64,000 bases of DNA from Terriglobales bacterium (lineage in GTDB: Bacteria > Acidobacteriota > Terriglobia > Terriglobales > Acidobacteriaceae), in NCBI GenBank assembly GCA_049520935.1, contig JBEKPJ010000043.1, positions 1,940 to 65,939 on the forward strand. Reading direction: 5' to 3'. Within the stretch, counting starts at the first letter, position 1; each line of letters starts with the position of its first letter. The position numbers and the translations under genes are program-made. Below, piece after piece: positions 45,172 through 55,017 of the stretch. Below the pieces are notes generated by a model. The model was not told the origin of the DNA. It was given only the letters and a program-made list of their open reading frames with translations, and did not search any database.

Positions 45172-45312
45172 CTAGTGGCTGGTCTCGTCCTCCCTGTCTA
45201 GAAGGGTTCCAACGTCTTCGACACCCGTGATCAGGAGCACAATCACCGATCCGGCCCAGCCGGCCACAAACATGAATTCCAGGATTTTTACCAAGATTAC
45301 GCTGATGCTCAT
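45172..45312 (-). CDS. 46-aa single-TM micro-protein immediately upstream of the APC-USP permease (below the ORF-track size cutoff)
   Basis: The minus strand ATG 45312 to TAG 45174..45172 encodes MSISVILVKILEFMFVAGWAGSVIVLLITGVEDVGTLLDREDETSH. Third-position GC is ~72% by hand. The stop lies 13 nt before the permease ATG. There is no clear SD. Confidence 0.45.
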   Translation of the reverse strand: MSISVILVKILEFMFVAGWAGSVIVLLITGVEDVGTLLDREDETSH

Positions 45313-45406
45313 GACCGTTTATGGTATCTGATTGGCAGGGGATTTGGCGCGGGATTTTGTGGAGCCCGGCTTCGGACGGTTCAATTTTGGTTTGCTATCC
45401 TGATGC

Positions 45407-47029
45407 GTGCTCAAAATGGATCGAAGTGCTTGGGGCCTGGTGCTGGTGTCGGCGGTACTGCAGGTTGTGATCTTCCCGCTGCCGGGGGTGTATTGGCTGG
45501 CTTGGGTTGCGGTGGCGCCGCTCATGGTTGCTATTCTGCACGCCCGGGCTCCGGAGACCTTGCAACTGGAAGGGCGGGGGCGTTTACTGCCCGCCACCGC
45601 CGGGCAGGGGTTCTTGCTTGGGTACAGTTGCGGGATTGTGTGGTTTGCCGGGACCTGCTACTGGATTTTTGACACCATGCGCCGTTATGGCGGGTTGCCG
45701 GTTCCGTTGGCGGCGCTGGCGCTGCTGTTGTTCTGCTTATACGTGGGGCTTTATCACGGGATGTTCGGGCTGCTGCTGGCTTTATTGGCGGGTTCGGGCT
45801 CGCGGCCGACTGCCGCGGGCGTTGGCATTCGGCGAGCTCTGGTGGCGGCTCCGTTTCTTTGGGTTGCCGTGGAACTGGCACGCACCCGGATCACCGCGTT
45901 TCCGTGGGAGCTTTTGGGATATTCGCAGACGCAGAACTTTGCGCTTACCCGGATTGCGACGCTCACCGGCGTGTACGGTCTTTCGTTTGAAATCCTGCTG
46001 GTAAACAGTGTGTTCGCGGCGGCATGGGTGATTCCGCGAGAGGTGCCGCGGGAGCGGCGAAAGTGGCTGCTGATGGCGGCGTGTGCGGCGGCGGTGATTC
46101 TGCAGGCTGGCCAAGTTCTCTCCCCTCCTGCCGCGGTGGGGGATCGGACTGCAATCTTGGTACAGGCGAATGTGCCGATTCTGGATGGGGCAGCCTGGAC
46201 GAAGGAATATTTTCAGGACACCCTGCAGAAGCTGACTGCCATCAGTCTTGCTCCCGCCGGAGAAAAAACCCATCGCCCTTCTGACCTGATCGTGTGGCCG
46301 GAGTCGCCTTCGCCGTTCTATACGAGTGATCCCGTCTTTCGGGATGCGGTGAGCGGCCTGGCGCGGGCGTCAGGCGCCTGGGTGCTGGCCGGCTCGATTG
46401 GCATTGCCCCGGCGACCAAGCGCGGCGAAAGTTCGCAGATTTTCAACTCGGCAGCCTTGGTGAGTCCGCAGGGAGAGTGGGTGGGACGTTACGACAAACT
46501 GCATCTTGTGCCCTTCGGCGAATATTTGCCGTTTCCGCAGTTGTTTGCCTTTGCCGGAGGATTGACCAAAGAGGTGGGTGAATTTCATCGCGGTTGGTCG
46601 CGCACGCCGCTCGATGCGGGAGGCGAGCAGCTCGGAACCTTTATCTGCTATGAGTCGATTTTCCCGGACGAAGTGCGGCGGGGGCCGCTTCTGGGGGCTG
46701 AGGTTCTGGTGAATATCTCGAATGACGGCTGGTACGGCGACTCCGGCGCATGGAAGCAGCACCTGCAGCAGACGCAAATGCGGGCGATTGAGAACGACCG
46801 GTGGCTGCTTTCTGCCACCAATACGGGAAAGACGGCGGCAATTGATCCTGACGGCCGCATCGTGGCTTCTGCGGAGCGCAAGACCCGCACCGTGCTGGCG
46901 GCGCCTTACGCGCTGCTTACCGGAACCACGTTCTATACGCGGCATGGGGATTGGTTCGCGTATCTGTGTGCGATAATTTCAGCAGGCGCGCTGGCGGCGC
47001 GCGTTGTATTTTCCGGCAGCGACCGATAG
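45407..47029 (+). CDS. lnt: Apolipoprotein N-acyltransferase
   Basis: N-terminal polytopic domain plus a C-terminal CN-hydrolase domain (LIVWPESPSPF, FICYESIFPDEVR, NISNDGWYG). Start is GTG 45407 or ATG 45416. Confidence 0.9.
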   Translation: MLKMDRSAWGLVLVSAVLQVVIFPLPGVYWLAWVAVAPLMVAILHARAPETLQLEGRGRLLPATAGQGFLLGYSCGIVWFAGTCYWIFDTMRRYGGLPVPLAALALLLFCLYVGLYHGMFGLLLALLAGSGSRPTAAGVGIRRALVAAPFLWVAVELARTRITAFPWELLGYSQTQNFALTRIATLTGVYGLSFEILLVNSVFAAAWVIPREVPRERRKWLLMAACAAAVILQAGQVLSPPAAVGDRTAILVQANVPILDGAAWTKEYFQDTLQKLTAISLAPAGEKTHRPSDLIVWPESPSPFYTSDPVFRDAVSGLARASGAWVLAGSIGIAPATKRGESSQIFNSAALVSPQGEWVGRYDKLHLVPFGEYLPFPQLFAFAGGLTKEVGEFHRGWSRTPLDAGGEQLGTFICYESIFPDEVRRGPLLGAEVLVNISNDGWYGDSGAWKQHLQQTQMRAIENDRWLLSATNTGKTAAIDPDGRIVASAERKTRTVLAAPYALLTGTTFYTRHGDWFAYLCAIISAGALAARVVFSGSDR

Positions 47030-47046
47030 GCATATGGGTACAAGCC

Positions 47047-48151
47047 ATGGCAGATGAACTGGAACAGCAATACGCGCCTCTGAAGTCCAAGGTCCATGAC
47101 CTGCGGGAGTATCTTTGACGTCAAGAAACTGCGCCAGCAGTTCGCCGAAGTAGAGAAGCAGGCGGCGGATCCGAATCTGTGGTCGAACCCTGAAAAATCC
47201 CAGCAGGTCATGCGCGAACGAAAGCGCCTGGAGAGCATGCTGGCTCTCGAAGGCGACCTGGCACGGCGGACCGATGATATTGCGGCCTATTTCGATCTGG
47301 CGGAGGAAGGGGAGAATGTTACTGCCGAATTGCAGCGCGAGTTGGAATCGCTGCGCGAACTGGTGGATCGGGTTGAAACCGAGACGCTGCTTTCGGGCGA
47401 AACCGACAGCCTGAATGCGATCGTCACCATTCATCCGGGGGCGGGAGGAACCGAGTCGCAGGATTGGGCGGAGATGTTGCTGCGCATGTACTTGCGCTGG
47501 GCAGAGCGGCAGGGCTTCAAAAGCGAGATGTACGACTACCAGCCGGGAGAGGAAGCGGGAATCAAATCGGCGACATTTTCCGTGATTGGACAGTATGCGT
47601 TCGGATACTTGACGAGCGAGATTGGCGTGCACCGCCTGGTGCGGATTTCTCCCTTTGATCAGGCGAAACGGCGGCATACCTCTTTTGCTAGCGTATACGT
47701 TTCTCCCGAGATTGATGACAGCATTGAGGTTATCATCAAGCCCGAGGATATTCGCATCGACACCTATCGCTCCAGTGGCAAAGGTGGGCAGCACGTGAAT
47801 ACGACCGATTCGGCGGTCCGCATTACCCACATTCCCACCGGCCTGGTGGCCAATTGCCAGAACGAGCGATCGCAGCACAAGAACAAAGAAAAGGCCATGA
47901 GCATGCTGCGGTCGAAAATTTACGAATTTGAACTGGAGAAAAAGCGCGAGGTTACGAAAAAGATTGAAGACTCGAAACTGGATATCGATTTCGGTTCACA
48001 GATTCGTTCCTATGTGCTGCAACCTTACCGGATGATTAAGGACCATCGCACGAAACTGGAAATTGGCGACGTCGATCGCGTGATTGATGGTGATTTGCGG
48101 CCGCTGATGCAGGCCTATCTGCGGATGCGGCGTGGAGAAAAGAAAACGTAA
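47047..48151 (+). CDS. prfB: Peptide chain release factor 2, expressed through a programmed +1 ribosomal frameshift: join(47047..47115, 47117..48151)
   Basis: ATG 47047 encodes MADELEQQYAPLKSKVHDLREYL and then meets in-frame TGA 47116-47118. The +1 frame continues DVKKLRQQFAEVEKQ... through the SPF motif (VRISPFDQ) and GGQ motif (SGKGGQHVNTTDSAVRITHIPTG). Confidence 0.95.
47105..47119 (+). promoter_or_regulatory. prfB autoregulatory frameshift site
   Basis: GGGAG (internal SD-like, 47105-47109), TAT, then CTT TGA C (47113-47119). This matches the canonical CUU-UGA-C slippery/stop context with an upstream SD. Confidence 0.9.
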
Positions 48152-48207
48152 CCGGCAGGGACGGCTGCCTTCGACTGCGCTGGAGATGAAACTCGGTTCC
48201 ACTCTCT

Positions 48208-48882
48208 ATGAAGGCAAGAAAGAGCATTGCGCTGAAACCTCCCAGCCTGGGACCGCGACTGCAGCGTGCGTTCCGTTACGCGGCGGACCAGCATGCCGGC
48301 CAGACGCGAAAGCAGACGGCGGTACCTTATCTTTCCCACCTGCTGGCGGTGGCTTCGCTGGTGCTGGAGGCAGGCGGGGATGAAGACATGGCAATTGCGG
48401 CACTGCTGCATGATGTGGTGGAAGATTGTGGAGGTCTGCCGCGGCTGCGTGAAGTGAAGAAGATGTTTGGCCCGCGGGTCGAGAGGATGGTCGAAGGTTG
48501 CACCGACTCCTTGGGCGAGCCGAAGCAGGAGTGGATGGAACGGAAGAAGAACTACTTGGACAAAGTGAGGCGTGCCGACGGCGAGACGCGACTGGTTTCG
48601 GCGTCAGACAAGTTGCACAATGTCCGCACCATCCTTGCCGATTACCGGGCCGATGGGGAAAGTATCTGGTCGCGGTTCTCGGGAAAAAAGGAGGGCACGC
48701 TCTGGTACTATCGCGCCTTGAGCGATGAATATCAGCGGCGCGGTCGGAATCGCATCACGCGCGAACTGGCGGTTGCCGTTACGGAATTGGAACGGCTGGT
48801 GAAGAAGACTCGGCGGTCGCCGGAGGTCGAGTCGGCGATCCAGGTCGACAACCGGCAGCGCGCTCGCTCGACGGGGAGATGA
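48208..48882 (+). CDS. HD-domain phosphohydrolase (RelA/SpoT-type (p)ppGpp-hydrolase-like HD_4 domain only)
   Basis: FRYAADQHAGQTRKQTAVPYLSHLLAVASLVLEAGGDEDMAIAALLHDVVEDCG and ...SASDKLHNVRT. Confidence 0.75.
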   Translation: MKARKSIALKPPSLGPRLQRAFRYAADQHAGQTRKQTAVPYLSHLLAVASLVLEAGGDEDMAIAALLHDVVEDCGGLPRLREVKKMFGPRVERMVEGCTDSLGEPKQEWMERKKNYLDKVRRADGETRLVSASDKLHNVRTILADYRADGESIWSRFSGKKEGTLWYYRALSDEYQRRGRNRITRELAVAVTELERLVKKTRRSPEVESAIQVDNRQRARSTGR

Positions 48883-48885
48883 ACG

Positions 48886-50064
48886 ATGCCTCGAATGATT
48901 GATTTGATCCGTAATTCGCAGGTGCCGGCGAACCTCATGCAATCGGCGGTGCGCGGAGCCCTGTCGGTGCCCCCCGAGGAGACGATCGAAATTCTCGTTT
49001 ATCTGGCGCTCCATCACAAGATGTTCAGTGAGCAGGCGCGCCTGACGCTGGCAGCATGGGATGAGAAAGCCAGTTTGGCCGCCGCCGCCGATCCCAAGAG
49101 CAGCCGCGAGGTATTGGGCTATCTTGTTTCCCCGGAAAATCTACGTCCGGTCCTGCTGCCGGCACTCGCGGAGAATCCATCCATCAGCGAGGAGGCGCTG
49201 GCCACGCTCGCCGCATCGGGATCGCGACCGGTGGTGGAGGCCCTGTGGAGGAGCCCGCGAGCGAGAAGTTCTCCGCCCTTGTTGCAGGCGCTGCAGGCCA
49301 ATCCCAACCTGCGTCAGGCCGAGCTGGCCGAGATTGGAAATCGTTTGGCCGGTTTCGAAGCGGGCCGCGCAGTAGGGCAGGCGGAAGGGGACGAACCCGA
49401 CGAGATTGTGGAAGAGGCGGTCAACAAGTATCTGCACGAGAATGCCACCGAATTGGCGGCGGAACACGAAAAGCCGTTCCAAGCCATCGAAGTTGCTCAC
49501 GAGGACGGGGGAGGCGTGGTCGCCCATGACCGCGAGCCGCCGCTTGCCGCCTCGCCGGTGAATGCGAGCGCCGCGGCTGCCGCAGCACAGCCGGCGCATG
49601 CCACCGCCCATGTCGGCAAGCACGACGTTACCGGCCAAGAGCGGCGCGGCAGTTCGCTGCAGAAGATTGCCAAGCTCAACATCACCGGCCGTATTGCGCT
49701 GGCAATGCGCGGCAGTAAGGAGGAGCGGTCGATTCTGATCCGCGACTCGACCAAGCTGGTAGCGCTGGCAGTGCTCGATTCGCCGAAGGTCTCCGATGCC
49801 GAGGTGGAAAAGATTGCGCTGCAGAAGAATGTGCTGGAGGCGGTGCTGCGCGCCATTCCCATGAAGCGGAAGTTTGCCAAGAATTACACCATCATGAGGA
49901 ACCTGGTGTTCAATCCCCGCACTCCGCTCGATCTTTCGCTCGGACTGATGAAGAACCTGCTGGTGCATGACCTGAAGAATTTGTCCGGTAACAAAGAAGT
50001 TTCCGATACCATTCGCAAGCTGGCTTTGCGCATGTTCAAGCAGAAGGTGGAAAAAAAGGGCTAG
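48886..50064 (+). CDS. Hypothetical helical-repeat protein (HEAT / leucine-rich-variant-like)
   Basis: Recurrent ...NPxxxxEALxxLA...-type helical repeats (ALAENPSISEEALATLAAS, LQANPNLRQAELAEI, VFNPRTPLDLSLGLMKNL). It starts 3 nt after the HD gene. Confidence 0.6.
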   Translation: MPRMIDLIRNSQVPANLMQSAVRGALSVPPEETIEILVYLALHHKMFSEQARLTLAAWDEKASLAAAADPKSSREVLGYLVSPENLRPVLLPALAENPSISEEALATLAASGSRPVVEALWRSPRARSSPPLLQALQANPNLRQAELAEIGNRLAGFEAGRAVGQAEGDEPDEIVEEAVNKYLHENATELAAEHEKPFQAIEVAHEDGGGVVAHDREPPLAASPVNASAAAAAAQPAHATAHVGKHDVTGQERRGSSLQKIAKLNITGRIALAMRGSKEERSILIRDSTKLVALAVLDSPKVSDAEVEKIALQKNVLEAVLRAIPMKRKFAKNYTIMRNLVFNPRTPLDLSLGLMKNLLVHDLKNLSGNKEVSDTIRKLALRMFKQKVEKKG

Positions 50065-50119
50065 AGCGGTCCCCGGTTTGCCCGGACCGAGACTCGAGGA
50101 TTCGCAGGAGGGTTCCCGG

Positions 50120-50533
50120 ATGCAAGCGGATTCCATCTACGAACTGTTGGCGCGGGCCAAGACGATTGCGGTGGTGGGGCTGTCCGACAGTCCGATGCGG
50201 CCGAGTCACGGAGTTTCTGCCTACATGCAGGCGGCTGGATACAAGATCATCCCCGTCAATCCGCAGATTGGGGAGGCGCTGGGCGAGAAGGCGTATCCCT
50301 CGTTGCTGGAGATACCGCGAGAAGTCGCATCCAAGATCGATCTGGTCAATGTGTTCCGCCGGCCGGAGTACGTAGAGGAAGTGGTGGAGCAGGCGATTCA
50401 GTTGAAGATTCCGGCCCTTTGGCTGCAGGAAGAAGTGATCCATGAACTCGCGGCTGCCCGGGCACGCCAGGCAGGAATCTTCGTGGTAATGGACCGCTGC
50501 ATTTTGAAGGAGCACCGTGCGCGATTCGGGTAG
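50120..50533 (+). CDS. CoA-binding domain protein (YccU/YneT-like)
   Basis: ELLARAKTIAVVGLSDSPMRPSHGVSAYMQAAGYKIIPVNP...IDLVNVFRRPEY is the CoA_binding_2 pattern. The start is taken at ATG 50120. Confidence 0.8.
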   Translation: MQADSIYELLARAKTIAVVGLSDSPMRPSHGVSAYMQAAGYKIIPVNPQIGEALGEKAYPSLLEIPREVASKIDLVNVFRRPEYVEEVVEQAIQLKIPALWLQEEVIHELAAARARQAGIFVVMDRCILKEHRARFG

Positions 50534-50550
50534 CCAGCCCGGATTCCGCC

Positions 50551-51852
50551 TCAGGCTTGAGGATTCAGGCCTGCTTCGGGTTCGGTCACTTGCACCAGAA
50601 TCACGGTGGCATCGTCCCGCAATCCATTCCCGTTCGCGAATTTCCTGACATCTGCAAGCAGGCCGTCCGGAGTAACGTCTTTCGATTGCATCTGGGCGAC
50701 CAGACGCTCGGCGCCATATTCTTCGCCGGAATCCAGTTCGGCCTCGGTGATGCCATCGGAATAAAACGCGATGCGGGACCCTTTTTCGAGCGTCAATTCT
50801 GTCTCCGAAAATTTACTGGTCGAAATCCCCAGCGGCAAGCCGTGCTCGTGATTGATCCAGCGGGTGCCGGAGGCATCGACCAGCAGGGGCGCCAGATGGC
50901 CGGCGTTTGCGATCTTCAAGATGTGGCTTGCCGGGTCGAGTTCGGCATAGACCATGGTGACGAAGCGGCCGCTCGGAAAATCCTCGACCATCATGTTGTT
51001 GAGACGGGTCAGGACTTCCGCTGGACCCGAGCCCGTTAGCGCCAGGGAGCGCAACATGCCGCGAGTGGCAGACATGAGCAGCGCGGCGGCTGTGCCTTTG
51101 CCGGAAACGTCGGCCAAAACCAGGCCCCACCGGCCGTCGGGCAGGAGGATGAAGTCATACCAGTCGCCGCCTACGGATCCTGCAGGAATCGAAAGCCCGG
51201 AGACACGGAAACCCGGGATCAGAGGCGAGCTGCGCGGCAACAGCGCCTGCTGAATGGAGCGGGCTTCTTCGGCCTCGCGGCTCATGCGTTCCCGTTGTGC
51301 GCGTTCATCGCCAAAGCGCCGGGCATTGTGCACGGCGACGGCGACGTGGGCACACAAGGCTTGCAGCAGACGCAACTGATCGGGACAGAAAGCATTGATT
51401 TCGCAGTGGGAAGCGGTGAAGACGCCGACCAGATCGCCTTCGCGTTGCAGCGGAATGGCGACTTCCGAGCGCGTGTCGGGCTCGCAGGCGACGTAGTACG
51501 GGTCGCGCGCTACGTCGGGCGCATAGTGCATCTTGCGGGTGGATGCGACGTGTCCCACCATTCCCGTGCCCAGGGGAATACGATGGCCTTTGCCGTGAAC
51601 GCTGCAGCCGCGCACGCCGGCCAGTACGAACCCCGGGTGCACGGGATCGCTAAGAAACAGGTTGATTTCGACGCAGCCGAGAGACTTGGCAACCTCGTCA
51701 ATGATTCTCGGTACGAGTTCCTCGATATCGAGGGTGGAGGTGATGCGTTGCGCGAATTTTTGCAGGCGCACCAGCTCGGCGAGCTTGAGCGCGGCCGCTT
51801 CTGAGACTGGCGGGCCCGAGAAGCTGAAATCCGCCAGTGGCGCGGTGGACAC
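50551..51852 (-). CDS. GAF-domain-containing PP2C/SpoIIE-type serine phosphatase (RsbU-like)
   Basis: GAF-like N-half (ITSTLDIEELVPRIIDEVAKSLGCVEINLFL...). PP2C-like GDWYDFILLPDGRWGLVLADVSGKGTAAALLMS and ...FYSDGITEA...DDATVILVQV. Confidence 0.85.
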   Translation of the reverse strand: MSTAPLADFSFSGPPVSEAAALKLAELVRLQKFAQRITSTLDIEELVPRIIDEVAKSLGCVEINLFLSDPVHPGFVLAGVRGCSVHGKGHRIPLGTGMVGHVASTRKMHYAPDVARDPYYVACEPDTRSEVAIPLQREGDLVGVFTASHCEINAFCPDQLRLLQALCAHVAVAVHNARRFGDERAQRERMSREAEEARSIQQALLPRSSPLIPGFRVSGLSIPAGSVGGDWYDFILLPDGRWGLVLADVSGKGTAAALLMSATRGMLRSLALTGSGPAEVLTRLNNMMVEDFPSGRFVTMVYAELDPASHILKIANAGHLAPLLVDASGTRWINHEHGLPLGISTSKFSETELTLEKGSRIAFYSDGITEAELDSGEEYGAERLVAQMQSKDVTPDGLLADVRKFANGNGLRDDATVILVQVTEPEAGLNPQA

Positions 51853-51909
51853 GACAGGATCCTCCTACGGGAACAACGACCTAAACAATGAGATGGAAGA
51901 AAGGCGGCT

Positions 51910-53292
51910 TCAGATTCTCTTTTTGTTCGTGCTCGCGGTCGGAGTTGCAGATGGCTTGAGCCGTTTGATTTCTTCCAAACGCTCGCGAATTCGTTTTTCG
52001 ACGCCCTGGTTGGTCGGGCGATAGTAAACACGGTCGCGCAGGCTGTCGGGGAGGCACTGCATGTCCGCAACCTTGGCTTCGGTATCGTGGGCATATTGAT
52101 AATCTTTGCCGTAGCCCAGGTTTTTCATCAGACCGGTGGGTGCGTTGCGCAGGTGCAGCGGGACCGGTTCGGCTGCGGTTTGTTCCACGTCCTGTTGCAC
52201 CAATCCGTAAGCGGTGTAAAGCGCGTTCGATTTCGGCGCCAGCGAGAGATAGACGACGGCTTGCGCTAGGGCGAGGTTGCCTTCCGGCATGCCAATAAAA
52301 TCTACGGCGTCCCGCGCGGCCATGCACAAGGCGAGGGCGGTCGGTTCGGCCAGGCCGACGTCTTCGACCGCCATGCGAACGACCCGCCGGGCGATGTAAA
52401 GCGGATCTTCTCCGGCATCGAGCATGCGCGCGAGCCAGTAGAGTGCGGCGTCGGGATCGCTGTTGCGAACCGATTTGTGCAGGGCGGAGATGATGTTGTA
52501 ATGCTCTTCACCTCCTTTGTCATAGAGCAAGATGCGTTTTTGCACGGCCTCCTCAACGGTGACTTCGCGGATCTCGGTGGTCGGCCCGGCAGACGGCGAG
52601 AGCCCCGTGTCCACGGTTAATGAGGCGGCCACCTCCAGTACGTTGTAGGCGCCGCGGGCGTCTCCGCTCGAGTAGACGGCGATTTTGCTCAGCGCTTGGG
52701 CGGAGGCGTGCAACTGCATCCGGCCCAAGCCCCGCTCGTTGTCGGCGAGCGCGCGGCGCAAAAGGATCACGATCTGCTCTTCGGTCAGCGGTTTCAGCAC
52801 GTAGACGCGGCAGCGCGAGAGCAGCGCGCCATTGATTTCGAACGAGGGATTTTCGGTGGTCGCGCCAATCAGTCGTATGTTCCCTTTTTCGACGTGGGGC
52901 AGGAAAGCATCCTGCTGCGCTTTGTTGAAACGGTGAATCTCGTCGACAAAGACAATGGTACGGGTACCGTACTGGCGAGCGCGCTCGGCGTCGCTCATGA
53001 CTTGCTTGATTTCCTTGATGCCGGCGAGCACCGCGGAAAACTCGATGAAATCGGCCTTGGTGATGCGGGCGATGATTTTGGCCAGGGTGGTCTTACCGGT
53101 GCCGGGGGGGCCCCAGAAGATCATGGAGGAGGGGTCGTCACGCTCGATCTGCACGCGCAGCGGTTTGCCGGAGCCGACGAGATGCTCTTGGCCGACGAAT
53201 TCCTCGAGTGCGCGCGGACGCATGCGGTCGGCGAGCGGGCGCGCGCCGGCAGCGCTCGGCTCTTCATTCGGGACGGGTGCGAACAGATTCAT
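51910..53292 (-). CDS. rarA: Replication-associated recombination protein A (AAA+ ATPase MgsA/RarA)
   Basis: [19 protein letters not shown], Walker [10 protein letters not shown], Walker [16 protein letters not shown], and the MgsA C-terminal domain ([21 protein letters not shown]). Confidence 0.92.
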   Translation of the reverse strand: MNLFAPVPNEEPSAAGARPLADRMRPRALEEFVGQEHLVGSGKPLRVQIERDDPSSMIFWGPPGTGKTTLAKIIARITKADFIEFSAVLAGIKEIKQVMSDAERARQYGTRTIVFVDEIHRFNKAQQDAFLPHVEKGNIRLIGATTENPSFEINGALLSRCRVYVLKPLTEEQIVILLRRALADNERGLGRMQLHASAQALSKIAVYSSGDARGAYNVLEVAASLTVDTGLSPSAGPTTEIREVTVEEAVQKRILLYDKGGEEHYNIISALHKSVRNSDPDAALYWLARMLDAGEDPLYIARRVVRMAVEDVGLAEPTALALCMAARDAVDFIGMPEGNLALAQAVVYLSLAPKSNALYTAYGLVQQDVEQTAAEPVPLHLRNAPTGLMKNLGYGKDYQYAHDTEAKVADMQCLPDSLRDRVYYRPTNQGVEKRIRERLEEIKRLKPSATPTASTNKKRI

Positions 53293-53353
53293 AGAATTCG
53301 GGGAAGCCGATCCCAGCCTTTCAATCTCCGGTCGTAAGAATACAAACTACAAG

Positions 53354-54196
53354 TCACCCGTTAGAAGCCTTCCTCGCCGCTTCGTACAGTATGATGCTGG
53401 CGGCGATTCCGGCATTGAGCGATTCGACTTCGCCCGCATGAGGGATGGCGAGGGTTGCGTCCATTTCGCGCATCAGTTCGCGGGGCAGGCCTGCGCCTTC
53501 GTTACCGATGAAAATGGCCAACGGCAGGGTCCAGGAGACCTGGGGTAACCGAACTCCCTGATGCGACGAGGTGGCAAGCAGGCGAATGTGGTGCAAGCGC
53601 AGAAGCGAAATCAGTTCCGCGGAAGCGATCCTTAAAAAAGGGAGGCGGAAGATCGAACCCGCCGATCCCCGCAGAACTTTCCAGTTGTAAAGGCTGACGG
53701 TTCCTTCGGTGAGAAAGATCCCGGCGGCGGCGAAAGCCTCCGCGGAGCGGACGATGGTGCCCAGGTTGCCGGGGTCCTGCAGGCCGGCGGCTACCACGAA
53801 CGGGCCGACTCCCGCGCGCTCAAGCAGTTGGGCGGAACTAAACGCGCGCAACTTCAGCAGGGCGGCTACGCCTTGCGGTGCCTCGCTCGGCACGATGGAG
53901 TGGAAGAGTGCGTCGGGCAGGACCAGGGTTTCGCTGCGGGTGCTGATTTGGGACAGCAGTCTCTCGGCAAGCGGGCGCGCCGATTCGCTGAAGAAGACAC
54001 TTTCCGGGTGTTGCCCGCTGCGCAACGCTTCTTCCAGCAATTTGACGCCTTCGATGGCGCACTCGCCTTGGGCGGTGAGTTCGGCGCGACGGAATGCCTG
54101 CCGCAATTGTTTGAGCCTGGGGTTATGGCGGCCGGCGACCGGACGCAGACGACCGGCTTGTTGGTGAGTGCCTGCGAACTTCGCGTCATGCTTCAT
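53354..54196 (-). CDS. SpoU/TrmH-family RNA 2'-O-methyltransferase
   Basis: DPGNLGTIVRSAEAFAAAGIFL and the C-terminal knot motif IPHAGEVESLNAGIAASIILYEAAR. Confidence 0.85.
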   Translation of the reverse strand: MKHDAKFAGTHQQAGRLRPVAGRHNPRLKQLRQAFRRAELTAQGECAIEGVKLLEEALRSGQHPESVFFSESARPLAERLLSQISTRSETLVLPDALFHSIVPSEAPQGVAALLKLRAFSSAQLLERAGVGPFVVAAGLQDPGNLGTIVRSAEAFAAAGIFLTEGTVSLYNWKVLRGSAGSIFRLPFLRIASAELISLLRLHHIRLLATSSHQGVRLPQVSWTLPLAIFIGNEGAGLPRELMREMDATLAIPHAGEVESLNAGIAASIILYEAARKASNG

Positions 54197-54264
54197 GCGT
54201 TGGTTCCAAAGTCAGGATGTATGGTACATTTCATTGTTTAAGCCGACAATCAGAAGGGACCATA

Positions 54265-54903
54265 GTGCGCGCGGAAATCCTAAAAATTCATGCGGTAACG
54301 CCCGAGGCTTCGCTGATTAAGTATGCCGCCGAACAGATTCAGGCCGGGCAGGTGCTGGGTATGCCGACCGATACGTTTTATGGCCTGGCGGCAGATCCGT
54401 TCAACCTGCGCGCGGTCGAGCGGGTCTACGAAATCAAGTCACGATTACGGCACAAGCCGCTTTCGTTGCTGATCGAACATGTGGACCAAGCGGAAGAGTT
54501 TGCCGGACCGTTGCCCGACGATTTCCATCTTCTGGCGCGGCGCTTTTGGCCGGGCCCGTTGACCATGATTGTCCCGGCGGCGTCGCATCTGCCGCTCAAG
54601 GTCACGGCCAACACCGGCAATGTGGCGCTGCGGGTGCCGGCGGCTGAAATTTCGCTGGCGGTCGTGCGGGCGGCGAAGATTCCGATTACGGCGACCTCCG
54701 CGAACCTGAGCGGCGCTACCGAGTGTACCACCGCCGAGCAGGTGCGAGATCAACTGCAGGAACGCATCTCTCTGATCGTGGACGGCGGGCCTTCTCCGCG
54801 GAGGATTTCGTCGACCATCGTGCACTTCAAGCAAGATGGTACGTGGCAAATATTGCGCGAGGGCGCGATTCCCGCGAAAGATGTTGTCGAAGCGTTGTCG
54901 TAA
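54265..54903 (+). CDS. tsaC: L-threonylcarbamoyladenylate synthase (YrdC/Sua5/TsaC family)
   Basis: AGQVLGMPTDTFYGLAADPFN, RLRHKPLSLLI, FWPGPLTMIV and TATSANLSG. The start is taken at GTG 54265, downstream of GAAGGGA; the maximal ORF starts at 54217. Confidence 0.85.
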   Translation: MRAEILKIHAVTPEASLIKYAAEQIQAGQVLGMPTDTFYGLAADPFNLRAVERVYEIKSRLRHKPLSLLIEHVDQAEEFAGPLPDDFHLLARRFWPGPLTMIVPAASHLPLKVTANTGNVALRVPAAEISLAVVRAAKIPITATSANLSGATECTTAEQVRDQLQERISLIVDGGPSPRRISSTIVHFKQDGTWQILREGAIPAKDVVEALS

Positions 54904-55017
54904 TCAGGTCGCAAGGTTCGAGCGTTACAAGGTTTCAGGAGGCTCGGCAGGGGTCGGCGGGATCTGGGAAGTGCCAACCCCGATGCGTTGGCACCTTGAA
55001 ATTTTCACATCTGGCTT

